From NCBI RefSeq assembly GCF_009914755.1, contig NC_060934.1: 64,000 nt of DNA. One strand, given 5' to 3'. The DNA comes from the human T2T-CHM13v2.0 reference genome, Homo sapiens. The notes beneath the pieces were generated by a model. That model saw only the letters and a program-made list of their open reading frames with translations, ran no database searches and had not been told where the DNA came from. A program made the translations under genes and the position numbers. Positions 27,731 to 41,425 of the stretch are shown piece by piece (the first letter of the stretch is position 1; each line of letters opens with the position of its first letter).

Positions 27731-30222
27731 GGAAGAATGGATGGTTTTAAAGTAACTTCCAATGAGCACCAGGAGCCCAGCCTTTCCCCCTGTGCCAGCA
27801 TCAGCTGGTGGGGCAGATGGCAGTAGGCTCTCTGGAACTGGAGATCCAGCACAAGGTCTGGACGTGGACGCCTGGGCATGACAACGTGCACGCACCCCCA
27901 GGTTGGCTCAGAAGATCCCTTTGCCTCCCCCAGACTCACTTTCTATCAGAATCTGAGACATGCCTGCCTCCACCACACACACAGAAACTCCTCAGGCAGG
28001 ATCCTGCTCCAAGGCCCATACTGTGTATGCAGCAGGTGCTTAACACATACATGTTAATTGGGTGGCTGCTAGACAGCATTCTCCTCCTGAAAGATCTATT
28101 CAATGTGTGGCTTTCATGAATTAAAAGGGTCCACAGCTTCCTCAACTTCCAAGGGTCCTCCTGATATGGGGTTACCATGGGGGGAATCCAGCAACATCCC
28201 TCTAAGTACAGTCCAGAGCGTCCATCTGTTGCTAAAAAGATTAACCCTTTGCCCTAGAATATATGTGTTTACATCACGAAAGCTACAGCAGGCAGATTCT
28301 ATTCCCAACCAGCAGCCCAAGGCTTCATTGACCTTGAGAGGAGGACAGAAGCCTATTTGTTTGCACAACAACAAAAGTTTTGTGAAGAGGTTCTTTAATG
28401 CATTAAGCAAAACTCCGCTGTTTATCATCAGGCAGCTGTTTTCAAACCACTTCATTATGTTCAACACACACGCAATTTACACTCACCTCTCACCTGCCTC
28501 GTCATATCCCTTGGCAGTAACAGAGCACAGGAAATTATTCTCAGCCCATGTCTCTCTCTTTGGAGATGCATTTAGACAGCGATGCAATCAGCCAGCTGAC
28601 AATTTTCAGGGATTCTCCTGCTTTGCTGAGTCTATCTTGGTTATGAAATTAAGATGATTAAATGCCTCATCGAGATACCAAATATGCTTTTCTCTACACC
28701 ACCTGCCAGGGTGGGTTCTGTTCCTGAATCTTCCCAAGTAAGTGCATGCTGCTTCCTTCCATGACTGTCCGGGACGGTAGACAGGTCTTCAGTGGATCGC
28801 GGATAAATGTGTCCACACTGATGACTTTATTCCTCAAAACCCAGACACTCTCCCAGGAAATAGCCGCTGGACCAGGATTCCCTACAAACTCCAGAATGAA
28901 TATGCGCAGTATTGGAGAAGGAAAAGCTAAGACAGAAATGCTCAGAAAAACATTTCTCATCATATGTAGCTGCTGTTGAGTTGTCATGTCAATATGACAT
29001 AGCAAGACGCGATCATGCCTGTCCTTGCAGAACTGCTATCCTAAGCGAGACGAGAGTTTGAGATTACAGAATCAAGGCATTGGTGGGGACTGAGGAAAAC
29101 AACATCACCACTGAGCTAGGAGCTGTGAGGAAGAGCAGAGACCGGGCTTGGGAGGGCGGGGCCACACTCAGAACTGTCTGCTCCTCCACCCCACGAGTGA
29201 ATGGTGACCATGGAGGTCACAGAGGGCTTAAAGCTGGAAGGTGGATTGGCGAGGTTCTGGAACTTACAAAGGAGATGTGAGTTCATTATGTGAACCCAGC
29301 CCCTGGACACTGAAGATTCCTGACAGTGCACGCCCACCCCAAAGCTCTAACAACCGGAGCGGTCACTGCAGCTGCCCAGATGGACAGCCAGGAAATCTCC
29401 CGCAGGCCTGCGCCGGGGAGATAGTGGCCTGGCCTAGACATGAGCCACAAGAGAGGGCCGCTCCCCACCTCCTGGCGAGCACACTGATGCCCACAGTCAT
29501 GTCCACAAACTTGGCTGCTTAATGACGTTTTTGGAACCCTCCCAGACGCAGGCACTGTCCAGCAGACGGCCCTGCCCATCTGGCTCAGGTTCTCGTCTGG
29601 GGAGCAGACCAGGGACAAGCTAACAGAAAGCTTGAGGGTGCAAAGTCAGTGTTGGAGAGGACAGTGCCCATGGCAGAAGGATAAACACAGAGGCAGGCAT
29701 GGGCCTCTGAGGTCAGGTCTCAGCGCAGATCTCAAGGAAGCAGGGATGAGCCCTGAGGACATCTGGTCAAAAGGTGCCCGGAGGAGGGCACAGTGACTGC
29801 CCAGGCCCCAGGCAGAGGCCTGGAGAATGGAAAGGAGCCAGTGGCAGGTGCCTCCTGAGCCGGGAGAGCCACCGACTTGGGAGGGAAAAAGGCCAGGTGA
29901 CCAGAGCAGGGGGCTCAGGGGCCATCCTGAGCTCTGGATTTCATTCCGCATGTGGGGAGCTTCAGCCACTCCCCAAAACAGGGCTCTGGAGGGAGGAAAG
30001 TCTGAGGAAACCCAGCAGGCTGTGGGAGATGGAAGCGGAGGGAGGCAGGGGCTCCCGGCTCCTGCCTCCCCCCGGGCCCACTGGCCTCAGGAACAGGAGA
30101 ACTCAGATTGATCTGAGCACCGGTGGGGCTCCTTCACCTGACTCTGAAACCCCAGGCAGAGCCACGTGACCCCGGCCGAGTCGCATCCTCTCCTGGATCC
30201 TGCTCGGTTTCCTCACCTGTAA

Positions 30223-30756
<534 letters not shown>

Positions 30757-31964
30757 TGAAGGCCCCTGCTCTCTCCCATGCTGGGGCTTTGCAAGGAGGA
30801 AGTGCTCCTCCCTCCCATGGGAGCTCTCCTGGGCTCATGGGGCCTCGGGTCCCCTGAAAGTCCTCCCTGATGACTGCTGGACCCCCACAATCCTCCTGCA
30901 TGGCCTTCAACCCCACACCTCCCTCCGGGCCCTTCTGCTGCCACTGTGTGTGCCAATCACATCTGTTTGAGAAAGTCCGTCTCCCTCACAGGCCCCCAAA
31001 GCTCCAGAAGCCCGGAAACCTTGCCTGATGGGGTTCAGCTCTTTCCTTCCTGAGCCTAGTCCAGCCTCACAGCTGCGTGTGCCCCTCAGGCAGAGACAGG
31101 GCTACCTAGTTCATGGGAGCCCTAGATTAGATGAGATGACCACAGGGAAGGCCCCGATACAGTGCCTGGCACACAACTCATCAGTCATTTTCCTTTCAAT
31201 TCCAAGCCGCTCTAAACATGGGTTGACTTTACGAAGGGACAGAGGAAAGGTGAGAGGGGGAGGAAGGAGGGAGGGAGGAGAGGGAAAAGGCCTGGGCAGG
31301 CAGGTGGGCAGGAGTGTAAGACGCTCAGTGCCATGCGTTGCCTGCAATTGACAGTAAGCAATGCTGCTAACCTTCATGACTGTTTAGGACAGTGGATGGG
31401 TCTTTTCCAGTGAGCCCATTCCAGGCTTCACATCATGCCCGGAGTCTCTAGGACTTAAAGCCCCAGCAGGGGCCAAAAAAATCTAGCCTCATCAAGAGCC
31501 AAGTGACAGAACCCTGGAAACAGTGACATCTGGCGAGACAAGCTCCTGTCCCACCATCCAAGGCGCCCAGATGAAGAGAAGACCATGGGCCATGCTGGCC
31601 TGCAATCCAGAAAAACAAAGGAGAGAGAAAGCTGAGAAGGATCTGGAGGAGCACAGGCCACCCAGCCGCCCGGTGAGGATGGCCACACCTCCAGCAACCC
31701 TTGACTGAGCCAGGGAAATGTCCCCTAAACATCTGTAGGGATGGGAAACGCTTCCGGGCTTTGGTGGGTGACACTCACGGATGCTGAGACACCCATAGCA
31801 AACCCTGTGAAAACCACCCATAGCTCCTCACTCTGCCTTTCGCTGCAAAGGTCCAGCTACTCTCTCGGGGGCACACCCTCCTCTCAACAGCAAATCCCAC
31901 AGGAGTGACAGGTGAGAGTTTCTCCATGTGGAATGCGACCCAGCAGAGCCAGCCTACACCCTTT

Positions 31965-32640
31965 CGTGAGCCCCGAAAATCAGAGAGAGGTCTCAGTTAA
32001 TTTAGAAAATGTATTTTGCCAAGCTTGAGGATGCATGGCTGCGACACAGCCTCAGGAGGTCCTGGTGACATGTGCCCAGGGTGGTCAGAGCAGTTTGGTT
32101 TTACACATTCTATACATTCAAAGCCAAGGTGGGAAGACTGGAAGCAGGAGGGGGCTTCCAGGTCATGGTAGATAAGAGAGGAATGGTTGCATTCTTTGAG
32201 TTCCTGATGAGCCTCTCCAAAGGAGGCAATCAGACATGCACTTAACTCAGTGAGCACAGAGGTGATTTTGAATAGAATGGGAGGCAGGTTGGCCCTAAGC
32301 CATTCCCAGCTTGACTTTTCCCTTTAGCTTGGTAATCAATCAACATATGCAAGATGAACCTTGGTTTGGTCTGGAAACGAGGGACAACCCAAAGCCAAGT
32401 TGGGAAGACTGGAAGCAGGAGGGGCTTCCAGGTCAAAGGTAGATAAGAGAGGAATGGTTGCATTCTTTCCAGTTCCTGATGAGCCTCTCCAAAGGAGGCA
32501 TACAGAGATGCACTTATCTCAGTGAGCTGAGTGGTGATTTTGAATAGAATGGGACGCAGGTTGGCCCTAAGCAGTTCCCAGCTTGACTTTTCCCTTTAGC
32601 TTGGTAATTTGGGGGCCCCAAGATTTATTTTCCTTTCATG
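31965..32640 (-). mobile_element. MER4A1-like solo LTR with an internal duplication
   Basis: Reverse complement starts like gaaaggaaaataaatcttgggggccccc and ends ...gattttcggggctcac. An internal block of about 217 bp is present twice. Confidence 0.85.
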
Positions 32641-33835
32641 TTTCAATATGAAGCTACACGACTCATCTGTGCCTGCCTAAGATGTGCACACACACACACA
32701 CACAGACACCTGTTCTCTGTGGTTGTGCTTCCTGCAAACAACCACATGTATACCCAGGTAGTCTCAGAGATGCACCCGACAGGCTCAGGGTGGACAGCTC
32801 TGAGCCTGCACCAGCATCCCCACCACCCCAGGCCAGGCCCTCCTGGGAACCCAAGCGACTGTCCTTTTCGTCTGTCAGGTATAAAGTGAAGAAATTTTGC
32901 TATCCATGGAACCTGATCAAGCCTGTGGCCGCACCTTCCCCCTCTGACTCAATATTCATCATTTGACCTTTTAGAGTCAATCACAAAATGTCATTTTTAA
33001 AAGGCATTATTCAAGTTATCACTGTGGTCCACAGTGAAAATTCTTTTTCTCTTATCCAAAGCCTGCATCAATGTTTATATGCCTCTTTCTCATAATCTCA
33101 ATGGCAATAATCTACTAGCAACAGTCATTAAATTTCCCACTTCTATTGCAAATTGTACAATACCACGCTCTGCATTCCAAATCACATTCAATCTTCCTTT
33201 CACGAAACCAGCAGACATTGCCTGCATGTCTATCACGGCGGCCTTGCAGCTGAGCATGCTGAGGAATGCCCTGCACGCCCTGTGCTGCCCTCTGAGCGTG
33301 TCCACCGTGCAGCTTTGTCTGTATCACAGATCACCAATGCACATGGACTAATTAGATCAAAGGAGATTCAAGGTCCATCTCCAAATTAAAAAAAAAAAAT
33401 CCATTGCAGTAAAGACAATGCTACCTGAAATGAATGCTTACTTTCCTCAAGAGTGAGCACCACCTTGTCCATATGAAAGGCATTTGTGCTGATGCAGGAA
33501 GGAAAAGGAAACTTTGAGTGAAGCCCAAGCCCCCAGATCCTTAGGGAAAGAGCCAGACACAAAGTTTGGCCACTGGGAGCTGCCTGTTTCTATTCTTCCC
33601 AAAGGCAAACCCTCCCTAGAGAGAATGCAACTGAACCTCCACAGTCCCCCTGGCGACTCTCCCGACGCTCCGTCCTAAAGTCCCTATTGGGAATTTCGTG
33701 TTCTTGTTCTTTAAAAGGACCCCTACCCATCACAATTTGTATACCAGTCAGGGTCCAAAAAGCCTGATCCGCCCCCTGCTTACCACCTCCAACACCTAAA
33801 AGTGAGGACTGCCTGAGACCAATGAAAACCCTTCT

Positions 33836-34166
<331 letters not shown>

Positions 34167-34689
34167 TTAGGAGGAATTTACCCAAATCTTCACCTCTGAA
34201 AGCACATCCAATAGCTAGGTATTTAGACCCCACGCTTTCAAACGTCTCAGAATTATATTGAAGTCACATTTTCAGGAATTCAAAAAAACCGTGTTATAGG
34301 AATTACGATGGTGACATGAATGGTGTTTTAGAAACAGACATTATTTTTTTAAGAGTCCTGATGCAATTGTTTTACAAAAATGTGTAGTGGTTGCTGATAC
34401 CAAACAGGCAGATGGGAACTAATTCTTCCCTACAGAAACCAGCGAAAGTAACCTCAGCCATAGCACCAGGAAGACAAGACCTCCCTCTCTGAAAACTTTT
34501 CACTAGAAGTTGATTAACTTACTAATACAAGTTAATATACTAAAATGTTAACAAAATAAATGACTGTAAAAACCTGTGGAAGCAGGTTTTAAAAATAACC
34601 CTGCTTTGTTCACACCTCTATCCCCCCAGCACATATACCAGTACATGCTACAGAACAGGCACTCAATCATATCTGTGATATTGATAATT

Positions 34690-34800
34690 GATCGATATTT
34701 ATCAAGCCTCTGTTATACCAGACACTTTGTCAGGCTTTGGAGAACCAGCAGAAAATGAGACAGACACAGAGGGCTTCTGCCCTCCAGGAATGTACATTCT
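34690..34800 (-). mobile_element. L2 3' fragment
   Basis: atatttatcaagcctctgttataccagacact...ttctgccctccaggaatgtacattct. Confidence 0.55.
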
Positions 34801-35832
34801 TACCTGCATGATGTTACCAGAGTTTTAAAGGAAAAAAAAGTAAAGTAAGCTGAATATTTAATTTTTATCATAACATTACTTCTCATAAGTTCATTTCTTA
34901 TGGGTCTTGACCCTAACTTTCTAAGAAAATTAAAGTTCAGGTGATATCTGTAATTCAGTAGGAATCTATTGAATCTATTGAGTTGCGTAATTTGAGGGTA
35001 TATAATTTGAGACAAAAATGTATTTTCTCTTAGAAGAATATCTCTTATTACACAATTTTAGAGCTAAGTGCACGTAGGCTACAGAAGCTGAAGTGAGTCA
35101 TGTCTGCCACGGTGCCGTGAGCAAGGTTCTCTGAGAGGCTCTCCAGCTACAGTGAGGAACGGCCTTAGACGGGATGCATTGGTACAGTTGCCAAAGGCTG
35201 ATCAGGCCTCCAAGAAGTCGACTTCTTTCCATTTCCCAGGAAACCTGTCTTAGGTCTCCCTGAGAACCAGGCAGCAGTGACAAAGGAAGCTGAGCGCAGG
35301 ATTTTAGAATGAAACAGAAGCTTTGCCTTCACGGGGGACTGGTCTGCTCCTGGGTTGATGGTGCCCCTTAGTTCTGCAGATGCAAATGTAAGGCTTCCTT
35401 AGTGAAAAGCATAACCAACTGAGCTTACTGAAGTTCCAAGTATTAAGAGGAAATGATAAGCTCAAAGTTAAAGAACACCGGATAAAGGAAGTAAACCACC
35501 ATACAGAGAGCCAAAAATAACAAAAGACAAATTTGGACCCACAAAAATTAGAGATATAAGAATTTTCATGTATAAAATATACTAATTGTATATGAAATGT
35601 TTTCAAGAGGAGCAAGGACCTAGACATTATAATGAATAAAGAAAAACTGGAAAACGAAGATGATGAAATTTCTAAAGATTAAAATAATTGTTGAAATGTA
35701 AAACTTCATAGAAAGTTGAAACAGCATATTTGACATAAATGAAGAGAGACTTAGCAACTGGAAAACACAGCTAAAGAGATTGCTTAGAATGAGCATACAG
35801 AGCAAAGAGATAAACAGTATAAAAGAAAAACT

Positions 35833-36122
35833 GGCTGGGCACAGTGGCTCCCATCACTTTGTGAGGCGGAGGCAGGCAGATCACTTGAGGTCAGGAGTTC
35901 GAGACCAGGCTGGCCAACATTGTGAAACCCTGTCTCTACTAAAAATTCAAAAATTAGCCAGGCATTGCAGTGGGCACCTGTAATCCCAGCTACTTGGGAG
36001 GCTGAGGCAGGCAGGAGAATCACTTGAACCCAGGGGGCGAGGCTGCAGTGAGCCAAGATCGAACTACTGCACTCCAGCCTAGGCGACAGAACAAGACCAC
36101 ATCTCAAAAAAAAAAAAAAAAG
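35833..36122 (+). mobile_element. AluS
   Basis: Dimer with a small 5' deletion; TSD aaaagaaaaact (35821-35832, 36123-36134). Confidence 0.93.
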
Positions 36123-37073
36123 AAAAGAAAAACTGAGAGATATCAGGCCATAAAACAAATCTCCACACATTTCAGAAGAATTGTTGTATACAGCCCACAG
36201 TTTACTTCAGTTACAAATGAATAACAAAAAGAAAATTTTAAATCTGCATACATTAGAAATTAATTGAATGGGAATTCCTTTAAAAATCATAGGATATAAA
36301 ACTACAATGAAAATTTAAAATTTAAATATGAAACTGAGTGATAACAAAAATAGTACATTAAAAAATTTACAAAAAGCAGTGAAAATTGTATTAAAGAGAA
36401 AGGGATAGCCTTAAATCTTTTATGAAAATAAAGACATAATTAATGTGCAAATATACAACCTAAGGATTTAGGGGAAGAAAAAAAAACAACACATCTGAAG
36501 AAAATGGAAGAAAATTGAGATAAGAGCAGATTTCAATCAAGTTGAAAAATGTACCCAAAATGTTTTTAAAGATTAAAAGTTGTTTCTTTGAAGAACTAAT
36601 AAAATGGACAAACCTCTAGTGGAAATGAACAAGTACTTTTTTTGAATGAGGAGGTGCAAATAAGCAAAACTATATATTAAAAAAGATAACTATTATTATA
36701 GCATATTAAAAAGATAAGTAGGTACAGAACAATCTCATACCAAAGGCAATTTGCAAACTTAGATGCAAGTATAAATTCTAGAAAAAAAATATAGCTTATG
36801 AACCCTACCAGAATAGGAAATAGAAAGCATGCATAGTCATATAACAACTAAATACATTGTATCAGTAGTTAAAAACCTTTCCACATAGGAAAGATGAGGT
36901 TCTTATATTTTAAGAGGAAAGTTCTACAAATTATTTTTAAGGAATATTCCAATCTAACATTGTAAAATTCTTCCAAAACATTAAAAAAAGAGGAGCCACT
37001 TCCCAGCTTCTTCTATGAATCCAGTATAGCTTTCACACTAAAGCCAGGTGAGTCTAGTAAAAGAAAATGAAGC

Positions 37074-37360
37074 AGCCAGTCGCAGTGGCTCACACCTTTA
37101 ATCCCAGGAATGTGGGAGGCCGAGGCAGGTGGATCACTTGAAGTTAGGAGTTCCAGACCAGCCTGGCCAACATGGTAAAACCCTGTCTCTACTAAAAATA
37201 CAAAAATTAGCCAGGTGTGGTGGCTCATGCCTGTAATCTCAGCTACTCAGGAGGCTGAGGCAGGAGAATCACTTGAACCTGGGAGGTGGAGGTTGCAGTG
37301 ACCTAAGATTGCCCTGCATTCTAGCCTGGGCAATACAGTAAGACTCTGTCAAAAAAAAAA
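37074..37360 (+). mobile_element. AluS
   Basis: Full dimer ending gactctgtcaaaaaa. Confidence 0.93.
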
Positions 37361-37439
37361 AGGAAAGAAAGAAAAGAAAGGAAGGAAGGAAAGAGAGAGA
37401 GAGAGAGAGAGAAAGAGAAACAAAGAAAGAGAGAGAAAG

Positions 37440-37497
<58 letters not shown>

Positions 37498-37567
37498 AAA
37501 GAAAAGAAAAGAAAAGAAAGAAAGAAAGGAAGGAAGAAAGAAAAAGAAAGAAAGAAAGAAAAAAAAT
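37351..37567. repeat. Compound (GAAA)n/(GA)n/(GAAAA)n purine tract from the Alu tail
   Basis: About 215 bp almost exclusively A/G. Confidence 0.95.
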
Positions 37568-38820
37568 GAGATGGCAGGGCAGCTTCACACAAGAACGTGG
37601 ACTAAAGATGCTAAACGCTGTAATAGAGATAAGTGCAGCATTGTGTATATGAAAAGGGCAATTCAACATGAAGATTTTGGGTTGATTCAAGAAATGTAAG
37701 TGATTTAACATTATAACAGTTTAAAATATCATACACCACAGTAACAGATTAAAAAAAGAAAAATGTGGCTATCTTAATCTAAAAAGGTAAAACATTGAAA
37801 AAAATTCATCCCTAAAATATTATAACAAGAAATGAGCACCAGGAAACTCAGATGGAAGGAATGTTCTAAGCCCAGTGGCGGGTGGTTAAAACCTATAAGC
37901 ATATTGAGAACAGGATACATTTGAAGCATCTGCTCCAAAACAGGACCAGCATGGGGTACCAGCCATCACTACCACATCACACACTGTACTGAAAGTTCTA
38001 GATAATCAATATAAAAATAATATTTTAACATTTTAAATTTTAAAAAGCACAAGAACGGAAAAGAAGAAAGAAATCTCACTCCTGAACATTAACACGTCCG
38101 TGGCTCTTGCACAGTAGTCTTCTTTTTGTCCCTTAAAACAGAAGAAATACTTGGACAACTTGGGTTAAGAGGCCTTTAAAACGTCTGGGAAGTTCTTATA
38201 AGAAAATGATGCTTAATGCCTAAGGAGTATTTAGGCACTGTGAATGTTTGGAAATAGTTGTTTCAGTGTATTTATGTTAAGTGAACTCTGATTCATCAGC
38301 TGGATTTTTAAAATTTATTAAAGATGGCATAATAATTTATAATATCATGGAAAATCTATATTAAAATATTAAGTCAGAAGTGACATACAAACCTGTGGTT
38401 ACAATACCGTATTGTGTAAGGTAATGCACCCGCATACTAGCCTTATTTGTAAACATTAACTGGAGCTAGGAGTGACTTTTTTCCCTTCCTTCCGCATTCT
38501 AATAATTTATAAATGTTTCATATCTAACAAATATGAATTATTCTTATACTGGAAAAAATAAAAAGCAAATCATTTGTGTATATAAATACTATATAAGTGT
38601 ACACCATTTAAATACCATATATGTAGCTTAAAATGGATCCTTTAGCTATTCTCATAAGATCAAAGAAATAGAGAGGTCACATTTGGGTTCCACTTGGTAA
38701 CAAATGGGCATGAAGTAAATTTCTTTGAAATGCTGTCTTTAGGCCTCATTGAATTATCTATAAACTATACTCACAAATAGATCTCTGAGATCTTCGCAAA
38801 TGAGCTTGGTTGTTATCTTC

Positions 38821-39138
38821 CGGCACTGCCGTTCCCACATGGGAGGCGTTAGCTCCATGTGGCTACAGAGCCCCTGACCTGGGCTAGCCCAGATCGAGAC
38901 GTGTTGCGAATATCAGATATACACTGAATTTCAAAGATAATATCAAAGAAGGAAGGTAAATATCTCACCCATAACTTTTACATAATTACATGCTGGAATA
39001 ATAATGTTCTGGATATATTGAACTAAATTAACAAATTATTAAAATTCACCTGTTTTGTTATACTTTTACAAACATGAGTGCCAGAAAATTTTAAATTCCA
39101 TGTGATGTTAGCATTATATTTCTGCTGGAGAATGTTAC
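38821..39138 (-). mobile_element. MER33 (hAT-Charlie) remnant
   Basis: catgtggctac...aaaattcacctgttt...agaaaattttaaatt...cattatatttct follows the MER33 reverse complement. Confidence 0.75.
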
Positions 39139-39739
39139 TTTAGAATAGGTATCAGAGACGGGAAACTTCCAGTAAGAAGAAAGTAGGGGAATAATAATCT
39201 CACATTTAGATGCTAAAGTCCATAGTTGTCATGGAATTCTGACCTCTCCATACTTATTTTCTTAATAGTCTCAACACTAACACAGTGATTCTGTATCCTA
39301 TCTGTAAGTTAGAATTTCAATCTTTTGGCAAATTGATTCATTATTTTGTGGCTTGTCGCTCACAAATTCAAGGAATATAATGGTCACCAGGACAGATTCC
39401 TAGTTGTTTAAAATGATATGAATTATGTTGGTAAATACAAATCTCACTTAATTTCATTACCTATGCAGTCTGCCCATTTTAGTTGATGTCTGAATAATTT
39501 GCCAGTGGGTCTGGGGACATAACCATTTTTTATATAAATGGCACCTTGAAGTACAGTCCAGATATAGAGAAAATATAAAGTGATCCAAAGGTCTGTCTGA
39601 CTCACTAGATTACTTCCAAGCCAGTGTCCACCTCCTTGCCATCTAGAGCGGGCTTACTCAGGGAGCATCTATGGGAACGGTCTAAATAGGCCGGGCATTG
39701 CAGATACCACACAAGCAGCAGCCATTCACATCAATTATT

Positions 39740-39897
39740 AAAATAATCATAATGCAATTAACTCTTGCAATAATCTCACTTCACAGATGAGAACACTGAG
39801 GGACAGGGGTGCTCAGTCAACTTCTCAAGGTCAGGCAGCTGGCGAGTGACAGGCCATTTTGAACCCGGCAGTCTGTGGGCAAAGTCTGTGCTCTCAG
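39740..39897 (-). mobile_element. MIR
   Basis: ttcacagatgagaacactgagg...ctcaaggtcaggcagct...tttgaacccggcagtctg (MIR core). Confidence 0.75.
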
Positions 39898-40526
39898 TAA
39901 TGACATGATGTCACTCATTCAACAACAATTTTAAACGATAGACTAGAAGGTGGCTCTGGACAAATGTTTTCCACACACAAGTATTTTTCTGACTTCTTCC
40001 AGATGGTGTAATTTACAGCACTTTTTTGGATGTGCTTCTCCATAGCTTTCTCTGGAACTGGGGACCTGTGACGATTCCAGCAGGACAAGAGGCAGAGCCT
40101 GAACCGGCCACCACAAGCCTGCCAGTCTCTGAAGGCTTGTCTGTGATGGTAAAATCAGTCTGTTCTTACATAACACAAAAGAAGTGTTTCTCCCCCCAAC
40201 TCTCTAAGGAAAAGTGCAGATTCAGAATGATTTATCTGTTCATCCTACAACTTCAGAAACCAGTCGGAACCGGGCACCCAACCCGGTTTGAGAAACCAAC
40301 CCCACAGTTTAATCTCCTAGTAAGCAGGTGCTTCCTCTTGACTAGGAGTAACTAACCACCAGCATTTTACTCTCCCACCCTCATCTCATTATGGTCACGT
40401 GGTTGCAGACCTTCAGGTGGGACCAGACCGACCCTCTCAGGACAGACGCACTGTGGGATACCCGCTGTGCCGGGAGGTGGGTGCTACCACCCAGGGCCTG
40501 CCCTCCACCCCACTATCAACAGGGTT

Positions 40527-40981
40527 CTCTGCACGGAGAAAATGGAAGTCCCGTCCAGACATCAAGCTCTGTGCCTATAAAAATTACCTCGGAACGGGCC
40601 CTTACTTGAAGTAGAATCTTTGCAGATGAAATGAGTTAAGATGCTATCATGCTGGATGAGAGAGGGCCTTACATCCAAAGTGTCCTTGTAAGAAAAAGAG
40701 AGGCCACGCAGAGACCCACAGAGAAGGCGGCCCCGTGACCACGGAGACACAGAGGTTGGAGGATGCAGCTCCAAGCCAAGAACTGCCCAGGAAGGCAAAG
40801 GACACCAGGAGCCGGGGGAGGGCACCGGACAGACCCTCCCTCAGCGCCTCGAGCGGGAGCCAACCTGGGACTCAGACATTTCCACCGTCTGGCTTCCCAA
40901 GCTGAGAGGGAACATGTTTCTGTGAATTTCAGCCACACCATTTGTGGAATGTTGTTACCGCAGCCCTAGACACGGAATCCA
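40527..40981 (+). mobile_element. MLT1-type MaLR solo LTR
   Basis: tctttgcagatg...agttaagatg; gatgcagctccaagccaaga; aagctgagagggaacatgtttctgt...tttgtggaatgttgttaccgcagccctag. Confidence 0.8.
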
Positions 40982-41425
40982 CTATGCATTCCCAAAAGTG
41001 ATACAAAATTTCAAAAGTCAGGGTTACAGAATTATTAAAAGCTCTTCCTATTTCCTGACAAAACATGATTCAGATAAACTGAATTTTAAAAACAGATTGC
41101 TTCGCTATAGTAAAAGTCTTGATTTTTTTTTTTTTTTAATCAAGCATCGCCTTAACACAGGCGTTTCTTTTCGGAACAGATGGACAAGACAGCGTTATCT
41201 TCATTTCGTGAGCGTCACGTGACGGAGAAGAGTCTAACAGCAGGTGATACTCTCCTTTTCAACAGCATAAAGAAAAAAAGATGCATTTTCATATACTTAT
41301 GGCATGTTTCTGATTATAAAAGTAATACAGACTCATTAAATACGAAAAATAAAAGATACGATATAGTTGGAAATAAAAGTGCCCACTTATCCCAGCATCC
41401 AGAAAGGCACACCTATGATATTGTG

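Larger units (their letters stand above)
35470..38080 (+). mobile_element. Highly degraded old L1 (ORF1/ORF2-like) interrupted by two Alus
   Basis: A-rich strand bias with L1 ORF2-like motifs (ttctttgaagaactaataaaatggacaaacctctag; ttctatgaatccagtatagc; gtactgaaagttctag). Confidence 0.65.

Noticed and set aside
33020-33036. CACTGTG-GTC-CACAGTG resembling a V(D)J signal joint
   Set aside because: No ACAAAAACC-like nonamer at 12- or 23-bp spacing on either side.
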